Below, in pieces: positions 39,020 to 51,590 of a stretch of DNA of 64,000 nt. Source of the stretch: Chiloscyllium plagiosum (lineage: Eukaryota). The stretch covers positions 25,552,670-25,616,669 of the forward strand of contig NC_057718.1 of the NCBI RefSeq assembly GCF_004010195.1, read 5' to 3'. Below the pieces are notes generated by a model, which had not been told where the DNA came from, made no database searches, and worked only from the letters and a program-made list of their open reading frames with translations. Position 1 is the first letter of the stretch, and every line of letters starts with the position of its first letter. The position numbers and the translations under genes were made by a program.

Positions 39020-41734
39020 AATAGAACATTGATTGTCAAATGTTCAATGCATGTTTTGTTGCACACAATTTTTTGGATCAGCCATGCCAAAAACTAGTGT
39101 CTTTGGAACTGGTGAAGTATTGAGGCCAATGTTATTTAAAAGGTAAATATTGAATCAGCCAACTGAAGACTTTCCATGCTATTACAATTGTTTTTAACTG
39201 TTTAAACCACAGTGCTAGTTTCTATTCTTCCCCTTCAGATCCTCTCCCTATCCAAAAGCAACCCTCCAATTGGAGAAAAACCAGGCTGTTAAGCAAATCA
39301 ATGAGCATTCTCAATTAACTCTGCGCCTGCCTGGGTTTGTCATTCAAAGGACCCTACATTTCTAATGTTGAGTTCCCTTTCTTTAAAGAAGGAAATATTT
39401 AGACAAATGGTATATAGATGAAAATGAAAAAAAAATTCAGATTGGCCATTATCACATCATGAGACATCCTCCCAGAACCTTATGAATGTTCTGTACAGCT
39501 ACTTTTCTAAGTGAAACATCCAATAACTGATAACTTATATCTGCCCAACTTAGTTTGGAAATTTCTTTCTTTTCCTGCATCTGCTTTAAATTGGCTGCAT
39601 CAATCCTAAACATTTTTTTCATTTACAATTCCTGCAAAATATACATTATCCCACAAATATCAATAATCTCTGTATCATTCTATTGATAATGTTCTTTCAC
39701 TCTACTCAAGGCAGCAAGATTGTTGAAAAATAGAAAACCATGTCAACAGCTTCGGCGATAGCATTAGTTTTTATGTCTAATGTGCTCTCAATACTTATTT
39801 TCTTCGCTTCTCATGCCAAACGGCAATTTTTTCTCATCTTCTCCCGCAAGGAATACCTTGTATCCTGTTGCACTGGAAAATCAATTGTTAAGATTTGCAT
39901 GTGAAGCATCACTGAAAATGATTAATTTTATTGGGATGTTGATGTTCTCAGCTCTAGAACATAGAGCTATAGAAGGGTCATAGAGATGTACAGCATGGAA
40001 ACAGACCCTTCGGTCCAACCCATCCATGCCGGCCAGATATCCCAACCCAATCCAGTCCCATGGGCCGGGTGCTGGCAGATGAGAACAGAATGTCAGCATA
40101 CACTTCTCTATTTTCAATCTTTATTTTAACTTTTATTAGCTCTCAAAATGTCCTCTACTATTGAGTTATTTGTGACAAGAATAAGTTCCAGTACATCAAA
40201 ACTTGAGTCTGGTCAGACCTATAAACCTAACCACTTGAGCTGCCTGATGAGACTCCTTAGCTGTTCTGTCTAGTTTTTGGTTGCATCCATATCTTTCTGG
40301 TATGACTAATTGTGCCAGGATTGACATTTCCCAAGTAAAATCATTAATTTAGAATTATCTCTGATTTAGCTTGGTGAGTCACCCTGCTTAATCTCTAAAT
40401 CTACATATTGTAACATTTTACACAAGCTTGACTCTTAATATGATTTATTTCAAAGTCATTAGTGCCACCCCTGCAATAGAAAATTATCTAAATGGACCAT
40501 AAAGATGCTGAATTTTATTTCTGTTATTGTGCCAAATGAACATTACTGGGTCCATCTTCCGCTGTGAACACGTTAATTTGAACAGAACTGCCCTTCTCGA
40601 AAAATATCACACCAAGGTGCTTCACTTAGCTCATAAACACATTTATTCAATTTCCAGAGATTTTTCTCTGTTCTCTCAGAGGTTGAGAGAATACATCCCT
40701 CATGAGTAGGTTACTGTGAAGCAAAGCTGCTTTGATATTTATGGATAAACAATGCCAAGAACAGGTTATTCAAATTCTTAAATGATCTTCAAAATTACCT
40801 TCTCTTCTGTGGAAGTTGTTACCCTTTTCTCTCTCTACCCCAAACATTCCTGAAAATCTCTAGTTACCAGCCTAGCTTTGTGCTTATATCTCCAATCTAG
40901 TAGGACCTTTTCCTCACAGAACCATTTGTGTAACAGAACAGCTCAACTTATATTGTTACCTTCTGAAAGTAGCCAAATTCGTTACAGCTTTGCAATTCTT
41001 GGCATGATGTGTACTCTTTAATCACCCTGTTTTCCATTCTGTTAGTTACTACAACCACAACTCAATGTATATTTTCTTCTTCTTCTAGCTTGATACTGCT
41101 TGTTGCTAATCTATGACCCTCAGGTCTTGTCCGTCATCATGGGCAGTTAGCTATTTTTTATATTTGTCTGTAGATTTCCCTGTAGATCCTACCTTCGTGA
41201 CCTCCCTCTCGTTGTCTAACTCTACTGACCACTTGGGAAACTACTTCAGGAAAACAATCCCTTTGTGAGGTTCCTTTTCCATGACGGGTATGTGTATCTA
41301 TATGTATTTTCTGAGCTGTTAAGTTTGTCTCTCTGGTTCCAAAATGTAGAACTCATTGTTATGCAAACTACAAGGCACCTCATCTTTACTTTCTCCATAT
41401 TCTCAGTTTGGAAATTCATAACTCACCCCGTTCCTTGTGAAGAATGTACTTTTATAGTCTGTTTCCTATGTATTATTATTAAAGGTTTCCTGTCACATGC
41501 AATAATTGTTTCTGGCCCTTCCAATCCCTGCATCCTTCTCTCTTATATCAAACTGTGTCACCAGAACTGTAAGATGGCCTGGACAGTTTTGTCCAATATC
41601 GCAGTGCTCTGCTGATTTTCTTTTCTGTCTCTTCAGCTTTGATGAACATTTTTCCACCAGCACTTCGATGAGTGGACAAACTAAAGCTAATAATTATTCT
41701 CTCCAAAGCTGGAGGATCATCATGTAGTATAATG

Positions 41735-43565
41735 AGAGATCAGGGGCAGTGTGTTCCTGTTTGTGTGAAGGGAAGGCTGGTCAGTGTAGGCAATGCTTGA
41801 TGATGAGAGAAATTGAGGTACAGGTTAAGGAAAAGAAGGAAGTATATGTCAAATATAGACAGCAGGGCTCAAGTAAATCTCTGGAAGAAAATAAGGGCGG
41901 GAGGAATATACCTAAGAGGGAGGTCAGGAGGGCAAAAAGGGTACATGGGATAGCTTTGGCAAATAGAATTAAGGCAAATCTAAATGGGAGAAGGAGGTGC
42001 TGGACATCTTAAAACGCATAAATGTGGGTAAATTCCCAGGACCTGATCAGATGTACTCTAGAACTCTGTGAGAAGCGAGGGAAGTGATTACAGGACCCCT
42101 TGCTGAGATACTTATGTCATTGATAGCCATAGATGAGGTGCCAAAAGATTGGAGGTTGACTAATGTAGTGCACTTGTATAAGAAAAGAGGTAATGGAAAG
42201 CCAGGGAGGCATAGATTGGTGAGTCTGACATCAATGGTGGGCAAATTATTGGAGGGAATCCTGAGGGACAGGATTTACATGTATTTGCAAAGGCAAGGGC
42301 TGCTCAGGGATAGTCAACATGCTTTGTGCATGGGAAATCATGTCTCACTAACTTGATTGAGGTTTTTGAAGAAGAGATGAAGAGGATTGATGAAGGTGGA
42401 GCAGTGGGCATGGTCTACGTGGACTTCAGTAAGGCATCTGTATGGCAGACTGGTTAACAAGGGTAGGCCAGATGAAATACAGGGAGAATTAGCCATTTGG
42501 CTACATAACTGACTAGAAGGTAGGAGACAGAGGGTGGTGGTGGAGGGTTGCTTTTCGGACGAGAAGTCTGTGACCAGAGGTGTGCCACAAGGATTGGTGC
42601 TGGGTCCACTGCTTTTCATCATTCATAAATTGAGTTGGATCCCAATACAGGAGGTATGGTTAGTAAGTTTTCAGTTGACGTCAAAATTGGTGATGTAGTG
42701 GAAAGCAAAAAAGGTTACCGTTGAGTAAAATGGGACCTTGATAAGATGGACCAGTGGACGAAGGAGTGACAGATGGAGTTCAATTTAGATAAATGAGGTG
42801 CTGCAAATTTGGAAAGGCATATCAGGGCAGGACTCATACACTTAACAGTAAGGTCCTGGGGAGTGTTGCCAAATACAGAGACCTTGAAGTGCAGGTCCAT
42901 AGTTCCTTGAAAGTGGAGTCTTAGGTAGACAGGATAGTGAAGAAGGCATTTGTTACAATTGCCCTTATTGGTCAGTGCATTGAGTGTTAGAGTTGGGACA
43001 TCATTAATTAGGCCACTTTTGGAATATTGTGCTCAATTCTGGTATCCCTGCTACAGGAAAAATGTTGTGAAATTTGAAAGGGCTCAGAAAAGATGTACAA
43101 GGATGTTGCCAAGATTGGAGGGTTTGAGTTATACAGAGAGGCTGAATAGGTTGGAGCTATTTTCCCTGGAGTGTTGGAGGCTGAGGGGTGACCTTATAGA
43201 TGTATATAGAATCATGAGGGGCATGGATATTGTGAATAGTCAAGGTCTTTTCCCCAGGGTCGGGGAGTCCAAAACTGGAGGGCATAGGTTTAAAGTGAGA
43301 TGGGAAAGATTTAAAAGGGATCTTTTAAAAGGGGCAACTTTTTCATGCAGAGGGTGGTGCGTGCATGGAATGAGCTGCCAGAGGAAGTGGTGGAGCTGGT
43401 ACAATTACAATATTTAAAAGGCAACTGGATGGACATATGAAAAGGAAGGGTTTAGAGGGATATGGGCCAAATACTGGCAAGTGGGACCAGATTAATTTAG
43501 GATGTTTGGTTGGCATGGATGAGTTGGACCAAAGCTTCTGTACAGCTCTATGACTCTCTGACTCT
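41735..43565 (+). mobile_element. 5'-truncated CR1/HER1-type LINE (~1.8 kb, RT domain to tail), multiply frameshifted
   Basis: VPKDWRLTNVVHLYKK, RLVSLTSMVGKLLE, DFSKA, GVPQGLVLGPLLF, RPLLEYCAQFW, RLRGDLI. Tail ctctatgactctctgactc. Confidence 0.95.
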
Positions 43566-43741
43566 TTTGAGGGCAGTTTTGGATTTCAACCATATATTAA
43601 TTGGTGTGGACTTCAGCCTCCAATTGGCTGTAAGGAACATTTGCATGTATTGCCAAGTCAATGCCATTTGCAGCTTGCAATTCAGCTGATCTGCTCGTAT
43701 TTTGTATATCAGTTCCTGAGATGAGGTTCACCAATTTACTG

Positions 43742-44755
43742 TGGTTCCAGACATGATGCCCAAAGTTATTAAGTTTCTGGGGTGTGGATGATTGAACTGA
43801 AGTCCCCTCCTTTCTTCACCCATTCTCTCGGCTGATGGTCGAAAAGTTAATTTCCCTTGTGATACCTTTTTCCGAGATTTATGTCTTAAAAGAACCAACT
43901 TAACCAGGCTCACTTGAATGAACATAAAAAATGAATTTATTACTTACTAAACACCCAGAATAGTTATGAATGCAACTCACAGACACGTAATAAAAGGTGA
44001 GTCCAAAAAGGTGAAAGTTTTAAACAGTAGAGTTCATGAAAAGCAAATGGTTGAAAATAGCAGCTGTTGCAATGGAGGCTTTTAGTACCATTGAGACTGG
44101 GAGAAAATCATTTGAAATTCTTGATTTTGTAAGTTCCTTTTTTTCAATTCTCTTTTCGAAGTGGTTTTCCTTTACTCATAGAGCAGACCTAGGAGATAGG
44201 TCTTGAACTGTGACTTTCATGCTAATGCTGGAACATAGGATGATACACATGAGCAATACTGCCTCTAATTTGTTTTTTAGTTTGTGGACATTTGAGATCT
44301 GTGCACAGCACTAACTTCTGAAACCAAGATTCATAGTGTTGTCACACCGATTATCTTTTGCTGAATTTCAGCTTCTAGGGAACATTGCACACAAGATCAT
44401 TCAGTCGCACTAGTTCACTCCAGTAGAGTTCAAATTGGATTTTTAATCTTGTTCTTATGTATTCCTGGAGAGTAAACGTTTTGTGTGAAGCCATTATCTG
44501 TTGACATGGGAGATGGGAGAGATAGCTAGCTGCTTTATTATCCTGTCTTGTTAAGGGTCTCTTTCTTTCTTGAAGTTTCCTTGACAATTTACATGTGTGA
44601 CATTCCATAGGCTACACATAGCACGTAGCCAGATAGTTACTGAATTTAGGTCGACACTTTTTTCTGTAGCAGTTCTCCAGTTAAAAAAATGACACATTTG
44701 ACATTTAAAAATATTTGTGGCTAATTACTTAGCCATCTGATCCATCGTCATAACA
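43742..44755. mobile_element. Possible old solo LTR
   Basis: actg|tggttcc ... cataaca|actg gives TG..CA ends with a candidate 4-bp TSD, around ~1 kb of non-coding sequence. Could be coincidental. Confidence 0.3.
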
Positions 44756-44986
44756 ACTGTAAGATTTAAATTCTCACGATGAGTTTAAAGCTGTCATTCA
44801 CAAATTTGCTGGTGATCAAAGCCTGTCCCATTTTTCCATTACTTGATCCACTGTCCATTGTTTGTCCTTTTTTAATTACTGTAGATATATTGAAATCGGT
44901 GTCATCTCTACAAAAGAAATGAAATAGATGGCTATTACTATTGGTTTTAACCTGTGAGTAAGGTTGGTTAGTTGGCTTTTTGGATG

Positions 44987-45112
44987 TTGTTGAAGGGTTA
45001 ATATCTGAAAGGTCGACTCTCCTGCTCCTTGAATGCTGTCTGACTTGCTGTGCTTTTCCAGCCCCACATTTTTCAATTCTGACTCTCCAGCATTTGCAGT
45101 CCTCACTATCTC
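44987..45112 (+). mobile_element. Single Penelope pseudo-LTR 3' fragment with 11-bp TSD
   Basis: Same family as the 24973 and 38901 arms. TSD ctttttggatg at 44976-44986 and 45113-45123. Confidence 0.85.
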
Positions 45113-45514
45113 CTTTTTGGATGCACTCAGCAGTTAATTTTACAATTCTTGGTCACTTGATGCTTCTTTCCAATCACGTGTCACATGGACACTTCATTTT
45201 GGAGGGTGAAGAGAGTCTTCTTGATCTCTGTACAATTCTGCATTCTTAAATCCATCCTATGTGGTGCACAAAATGTATTCCTTGGCAAAAAAAATAGCTT
45301 TTTGTATATTCCACGTCTGAAGGTTATTATTTCCAGGCTGTTAATTGCAGTGGATGTTTGGAGTGGAGATTTGCATAACGGTGTAAATCAAGTAGGAGAT
45401 GAGGATCTTTTCTTGCATTCCACCGGTCTAATTTGCTGGTTTATTTCCTTGGAAAAAATGATAATTTCAGCTCAGATCAGTCTTAATCCAATCAATTTTT
45501 GTTTCATGAAACCT

Positions 45515-45855
45515 GACCAATCTGTGTGGGTCAGGTGATCCTTTTAAGTTGGAGGAGTCCAAAGCTAGATGGTGTAGATTGCAGATGAGAGAAGAAAGAT
45601 TGAAAAAGGACTTGACAGATAATGTTTTCACGCAGAGGATGGTACGTGTATAGAATGAGCTGCCTGAGGAAGTGGTGGAGATGGTACAATTGCAACATTT
45701 AAAAGGCATTTGGATGGGAATATAAATAGAAAGGGCTTTGAGGAATATGGACCAAGTGCTGGCAAATGGGAATAGGGCAGATTGGGATGTCTGGGTGGCA
45801 CAGATGAGTTGGATGGAAGTGTCTATTTCCATGCTGTATAACTCTGACTCCATGC
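45515..45855 (+). mobile_element. CR1 3' end
   Basis: ttttcacgcagaggatggtacgtgtatagaatgagctgcctgaggaagtgg...ccatgctgtataactctgactc. Same subfamily as 43250-43565. Confidence 0.88.
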
Positions 45856-46057
45856 CTCTTTGATCAGGCATGAGCATCCCCTTGTCTACTTTCCAATCTT
45901 ATTCAGCTCCACTCCTCCTCCTTCCAACCTAGATTAAAAATGCTTATGTTTATAATGAACCCATTTTAGTTGTATTACTGATGCTGATATTACTACTTTT
46001 AGGTATATCAACGAATTTCTATTTACATAGAAATATTTTAGATTCAACTTTCAATTA

Positions 46058-46392
46058 GGTTGGCGCAATGGCACAGTGGTTAACATTGCTGCCGCATAAT
46101 GCCAGGGACCCAGGTTCAATTCCAGCCTTGGACAGCTGTCTGTGTGACATCTGCATGTTCTGCCTGTGTCGGTGTGGTTTTCACCATTGTTCCGGTCTCC
46201 TCCCAAAGACTATGGATGTGCAGGTTAGGTCGATTGGCAGTGTTAGATTGGCAGTGCATAATATGCAGGTTAGGTGATTAGCAATGGTAAATATGGGGTT
46301 ACAGGGATAGGGTGGGTTTGGATGCTCTTCAGAGTGTCAGTGCAGACTTGATGGGCTGAATCACCTCTTTCTGCACTGTAGGGATTCTATGA
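46058..46392 (+). mobile_element. HE1-like SINE (old copy)
   Basis: A-box tggcacagtgg, B-box ggttcaattcc, tail gcactgtagggattctatg. Confidence 0.88.
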
Positions 46393-47864
46393 AATGCAAA
46401 ATGGATTTCGAAACTTGAGCAAAAAATAACTCTTCTTAAAACTAGTGCATTTTGTACCCGGATCAGTGACTGTGCCCAAAGCAGTGTATAAAATGAAATA
46501 TTACCATATAAATTGGTGGTTATTGCTGTTGCATAGGCCTTATTTTCATGCATTGTTAAAACACCTTGCAGTACAATTGCACTGTGGTCGAAAAGATGAG
46601 CTTAATTTGAGCTGGACATGGAATGCAAAGCAAGAAAAAAGTGCTGTTTTGTACTAGACCATGCATTTTGTGATCAGTCAACCACTAAGCACCTGTTCTT
46701 CGCTTCAAAAAGCAGGCATCAAATTGTTGAACTTGTTATATGCTGGAGTTAATGTTAGCACTTTTATGGGCTCCAGGCATGGCATTTCTGTATGAAAAAC
46801 AATCATGTGGCGAGAGATATAGAATTGGTGAATAATAATTTCTGCAAACGATTTATTCATATCCATGAATGCTCTTTTCCCCTCCCTGTCGAGGTTAGAA
46901 ACAGAACAGGGTTTTCTCATTTCAGTTTATTTGTAAATTTGGGGGCTAGTCATGACACTAGATGAGCTTGGAAATGATTGACAGTTTTAGATTGGCATTC
47001 AGAAGCTGAAGGAATACTGGACTTGATCTTTGCAGTGGATGTGCTTGCTAACTGAGGAAGTGGCTGACAGCTAAACACATCTCACACCTCTACTCAACCT
47101 GAAATGTCATGTCTCCTTGGAGTTTCTGCATTACAAGTTATGGTTACTGCTGAGTGATGGGAGATGCATGTAAATTAAATGAAACCAGCAATAGAGTTTA
47201 AGAAGATTCCTCCGTCAAGTGTAGTCTCTGTTTATAAAAAGTATAATTGTGAGCCTCTCCACCACTGGTGGTCAAGCCATCAGTTGACTAGGTTTGTAAT
47301 TCCTGCTCTAAACCCAATCATACATTCACCTCTCCCTGAAAAGACAAGGCTCTTTCACGAAGTTTTTGGTTAAGAGGCCAATGAGAACAGGAGCTGCAGT
47401 GGGTGGGTAGTAATTTTGCACTGCACATGACCCGTTTGCCAATAATATTCCACTGCCACAGTATTTTCAGGAGCAGGGATTGAGCTTGCCACAGTCGGTA
47501 ACTTATTAAGATAATTAAAAGCTAACATGGGCAGTGGGCACGCCCAAGTATCAGGAGACTGGCAGCAGCCTTGCAGCAACCTTTCAGTGGCAGACTGGCG
47601 CTCCAGGATGAAGTTCAGGCTCACCGAGCCGAGGTGATCACACGTCAGCCTGTGTCAGTATTCCTCCTCCACTATGATGTTCCAACAGCTGCCGCTATGT
47701 TTTATTCCAAAGGTTTTCTGAAAGTGTGTTTCAACTTCAAGGCCCCTTCCTTTTCTTCCTTTCCTTCCTTTCCTCAAAAGACAGGTTACAGCACCTTCAG
47801 ACTTAGAGAGCTTCCTATTGAACTGTCCGGCTTTGCAAACCCTCCTGCAAAGAAGAAGAGAAAA

Positions 47865-49035
47865 ACAAAAAAAATTACAGCACAAGAACAGGCCCTTTGG
47901 CCCTCAAGGCCTACTCCAATCCAGATCCTCTATCTAAATTTTTTCTAAGGATCTGTATCCCTCTGCTCCCTGCCCATACATGCATCTGTCTAGATAGACC
48001 TTAAATTATACTAATGCGCCCGCCTCCACCACCTCCACTGGCAACGCGTTCCAGGCACCCACCACCCTCTGCATAAAGAACTTGTTATGCGTATCTCCCT
48101 TAAACTTCTCCCCTCTCACCTTGAACTTGTAACTCCTAGTAACTGAGTCCCCACTCTGGGAAAAAAGCTTCTTGCTATCCACCCTGTCATGATTTTGTAG
48201 ACCTCAATCAGGACCCCCTCAACCTCCATATTTCTCCATAAAAATAATCCTAATCTATTCAACCTCTCTTCCGAGCTAGCACTCTCCACACCAGGCAACA
48301 TCCTGGTGAACCTTCTCTGCATCCTTTCCAAGCATCCACATCCTTTTGGTGATGTGGCAACCAGAACTGTACACAGTATTCCAAATATGGCTGAACCAAA
48401 GTCGTATACCACTATAACATGACCTGCCACCTCTTGTACTCAATACCCAATCAGATCAAGCAAAGCATGTCATATGCCTTCTTGACCACTCTATCAACCT
48501 CTGTTGCCACCTTCAGGGTACAATGGACCTGAACATCCAGATCTCTCTGTGCATCAATTTTCCCCAGGGCTTTTCCATTTACCATATAGTTCGCGCTTGA
48601 ACCGGATCTTCCAAAATGCATCACCTCCCATTTGCCCAGATTGAACTCCATATGCCATTTCTTTGCCCGACTGTCCAATCTATCTATATTCTGCTGCATT
48701 CTCTGACAGTCCCCTTCACTCTGCTACTCCACCAATCTTACAGTCATCTGCAAACTTGCTAATCAGACCACCTATACCTTCCTCCAGATCGTTTATGTAC
48801 ATCACAAGCAACACTGGTCCCAACACGGATCCCTATGAAACACTGTTTTCAGTTCTCCATTTGGAGAAACTCTCTTCCACTACTACTCTATCTCCTGTTG
48901 CCCAGCCAGTCCTCTATCCATCTAGCTAGTACACCCTGGACCCCATGCGACTTCATTTTCTCCATCACCCTACCATGGGAACCTTATCAAACACCTTACT
49001 GAAGTCCATGTATATGTAATCTACAGCCCTTCCCT
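47865..49035 (-). mobile_element. 5'-truncated CR1 LINE (~1.2 kb)
   Basis: YMDFSKVFDKVP, FADD (48741-48755), KWHMEFNLGKWEVMHFG and MQRRFTRMLPG. 3' tail near 47870. Confidence 0.93.
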
Positions 49036-51590
49036 TTTTTAGTTGGACAAGTTTAATTGGACAGTGAGCATATCCTCTAATAATGGGACAATTTAACAAA
49101 GACCAGCGACAGGTTGCTGCTTCTGGTGCAGGTTTGAGACCCCTATTTAATATCAATAATGGCTTAAGTCCTGGCCAATGTTTCAGATCAATGACCTGAA
49201 TTAGAATTATGTTTAACTGACTCAATCAGTGTCTCCAATTTACAGAGAGCATGTGCAGTGAGTGTGACATGAGAGAGCTTCCTGAATTATCTCCTGTTCC
49301 TCATCCCTCAAATGCAAAGCTCAGAGGCCCTGTGGATGTGCACTCGATTTACTCAGTCAGGACCAAAAGCCACTTGATGAGGTATTACAGCACCATTTGC
49401 AGAAACTATAACAAGTCATTTCTGTCTGCTGTGGAAATTTGTTTCAGTTTGCAGCAGGTCTATCTCAGTTAGTTTTGGAGGAAATCTAATTTTCCTCTGC
49501 ATTCCCAAACCTTTTCCCTGCCTTCTTAGCATGTAAGGATTTCTCCTGTGCAAAATGCAGCATGCGCTCCCATTGACAATGGGTGCCACAAGATAACAGG
49601 ATGATAAAAGCCCCCTTTTTCAAAACCCTGACTCTCGCATTGGGAACCTACACATTTAGTAAACTGAGCAAATGAATTGAGTCGTGAAGAAATTTTACAG
49701 GCCAGGAAGAGGCATTGAGTAATGTGCAGCAACATTTCTTAGTTCTGCAACTTTGAAACTACCAAATGTTGCCTGCAGCCAGTGGGTGTCTGACAGAGAT
49801 GGGAGAAAGAAGGAGGATTCCCTTAAGCCACAGCCAGCACAACCAGCAAGAAGGATCCCTATCGAGTCATTTGGCCCATCCAGCCTATTCCATTATTCAA
49901 TTAGATCATGGCTGATCTGAATGTCGCCTTAATTCCACTTTTCTCCCTGTTCTAATTAGCTCTGGTTAGTCAAGAATCTAATTAGCTCTACCTTAAAAAT
50001 ATTCAATGACCTTGCTGCCAACAACAGGAGAAGTGTGCAATCATGACAACTTGCATGGCCTTGTGAACAGCCTCATGACATTTGTTCAAAAGTCAGAGAC
50101 TATTAAGATAAGCATCACAAGGTTGGAGTAGCAAGGAGATCATGAGATAGCATTAATTTAGAACAATGAATACATGAATAGCTAAGGGAATAAAGTTGAT
50201 GAACCAGCTTGCACAGGGGACCTTATGTCAAGCACCAAATAACTGTACAATACTTACATGCTCGAGATCACAGGTCACCTTCAGTAATGTGTCATGACTT
50301 TACAGGCTGGGCTGAGCCTTTGAATGTTTGGAGGGCTGAGCTAGATTCATGACTGACAAAAGAGTCAATGGTTTTGGGGGAAAGGCAAGAAAATGGAGTT
50401 AAGGTGACAATCAGATCAACCACGATCCTATTGATGGTCTGAACAGTACAGTCCAGTGCCTATTTCTTTACAATCTGTAATTTCTATGGCTTGGTTTCCA
50501 TTTATGTGGCAAACTGCCTTCACCACCATTTGACCCTCAAATGCATGCCCAAAGCCAATCATACTCGCAATCTGCCCCCAAGCCCAATTTCCTCTTGAAA
50601 ATGATCAGTGAAGGTGAACAGTGTTCGTGGGTGCAGTTTGCGAGTTGTGAAATTTTCCAACTCATGTTTAACAACTTGAAGACAAAAAAGACTGGCCATC
50701 ACCAAGAAACAGAAGAGGAAGGTAAAATTGGCAAAGATTAATTGGGCATGGAGACAAAATATCTATTTGTTTGATGAACGTCAAATACAATGTCTGTACA
50801 TTGTTGATGGATTTTTGCATCACCCCATACATTAGTATGGCTGACCAGGATTTTTTAAAATGTAATATCTGGCTCAAGCCATATTTCAGCTGGACCTATA
50901 ATTAGATTTAGCTCGATAGATATTTTAACCTAGGAATGCTGATCTATTTGTCATTTATTGTCATAAATAGTGCGAAGTCCTCATCAGTAAAATGTTTGCT
51001 GGTTCTCAACGTTAAGATACATAGATAGCAATATTGATTTATTGCCTACTCTTCACAAGTTGCCTTTATATAAATAAGCCCTTCGAATGAACTGCAGTGA
51101 ACTGAAATGCTTAGAGCCAATGAACCTGAGCAGTGATGCTCAGCAAGCTATTCATACCAAATGCCTTGAGTCAAGAATTGCTGATAGCAACCAATTCTGT
51201 CTGGCATCAACTCAACTGTGTTTGTCTTTATAGCGTGAAACATATTTGGTTATAATTTCATGCATGATCAAAATACTATTGGCACTTTTTACAAAGGAAT
51301 GAAAATTGTTGTCCGTTACTGTATTTGACTGAAAGCTGAGTTAATTTTGTTTCCCTCATGATATTGCCTCAACCGTCTGAAATTTTACCAAATAATGAAA
51401 ATTATATGATTGTCTGTACCCTATCTCCAAATAGCTAACTCATTACCTCTGGATACTCCAAATCTTCCTATGAGATTAATATTGACTATGCTTCGGCTTT
51501 AGAACATAGAATATCGAACAATGGAGCACAAACGAGGCCCTTCAGCCCTCAGTGTTGCGCTGACCTGTGAACTATTCTCAGCTTGTCCCC

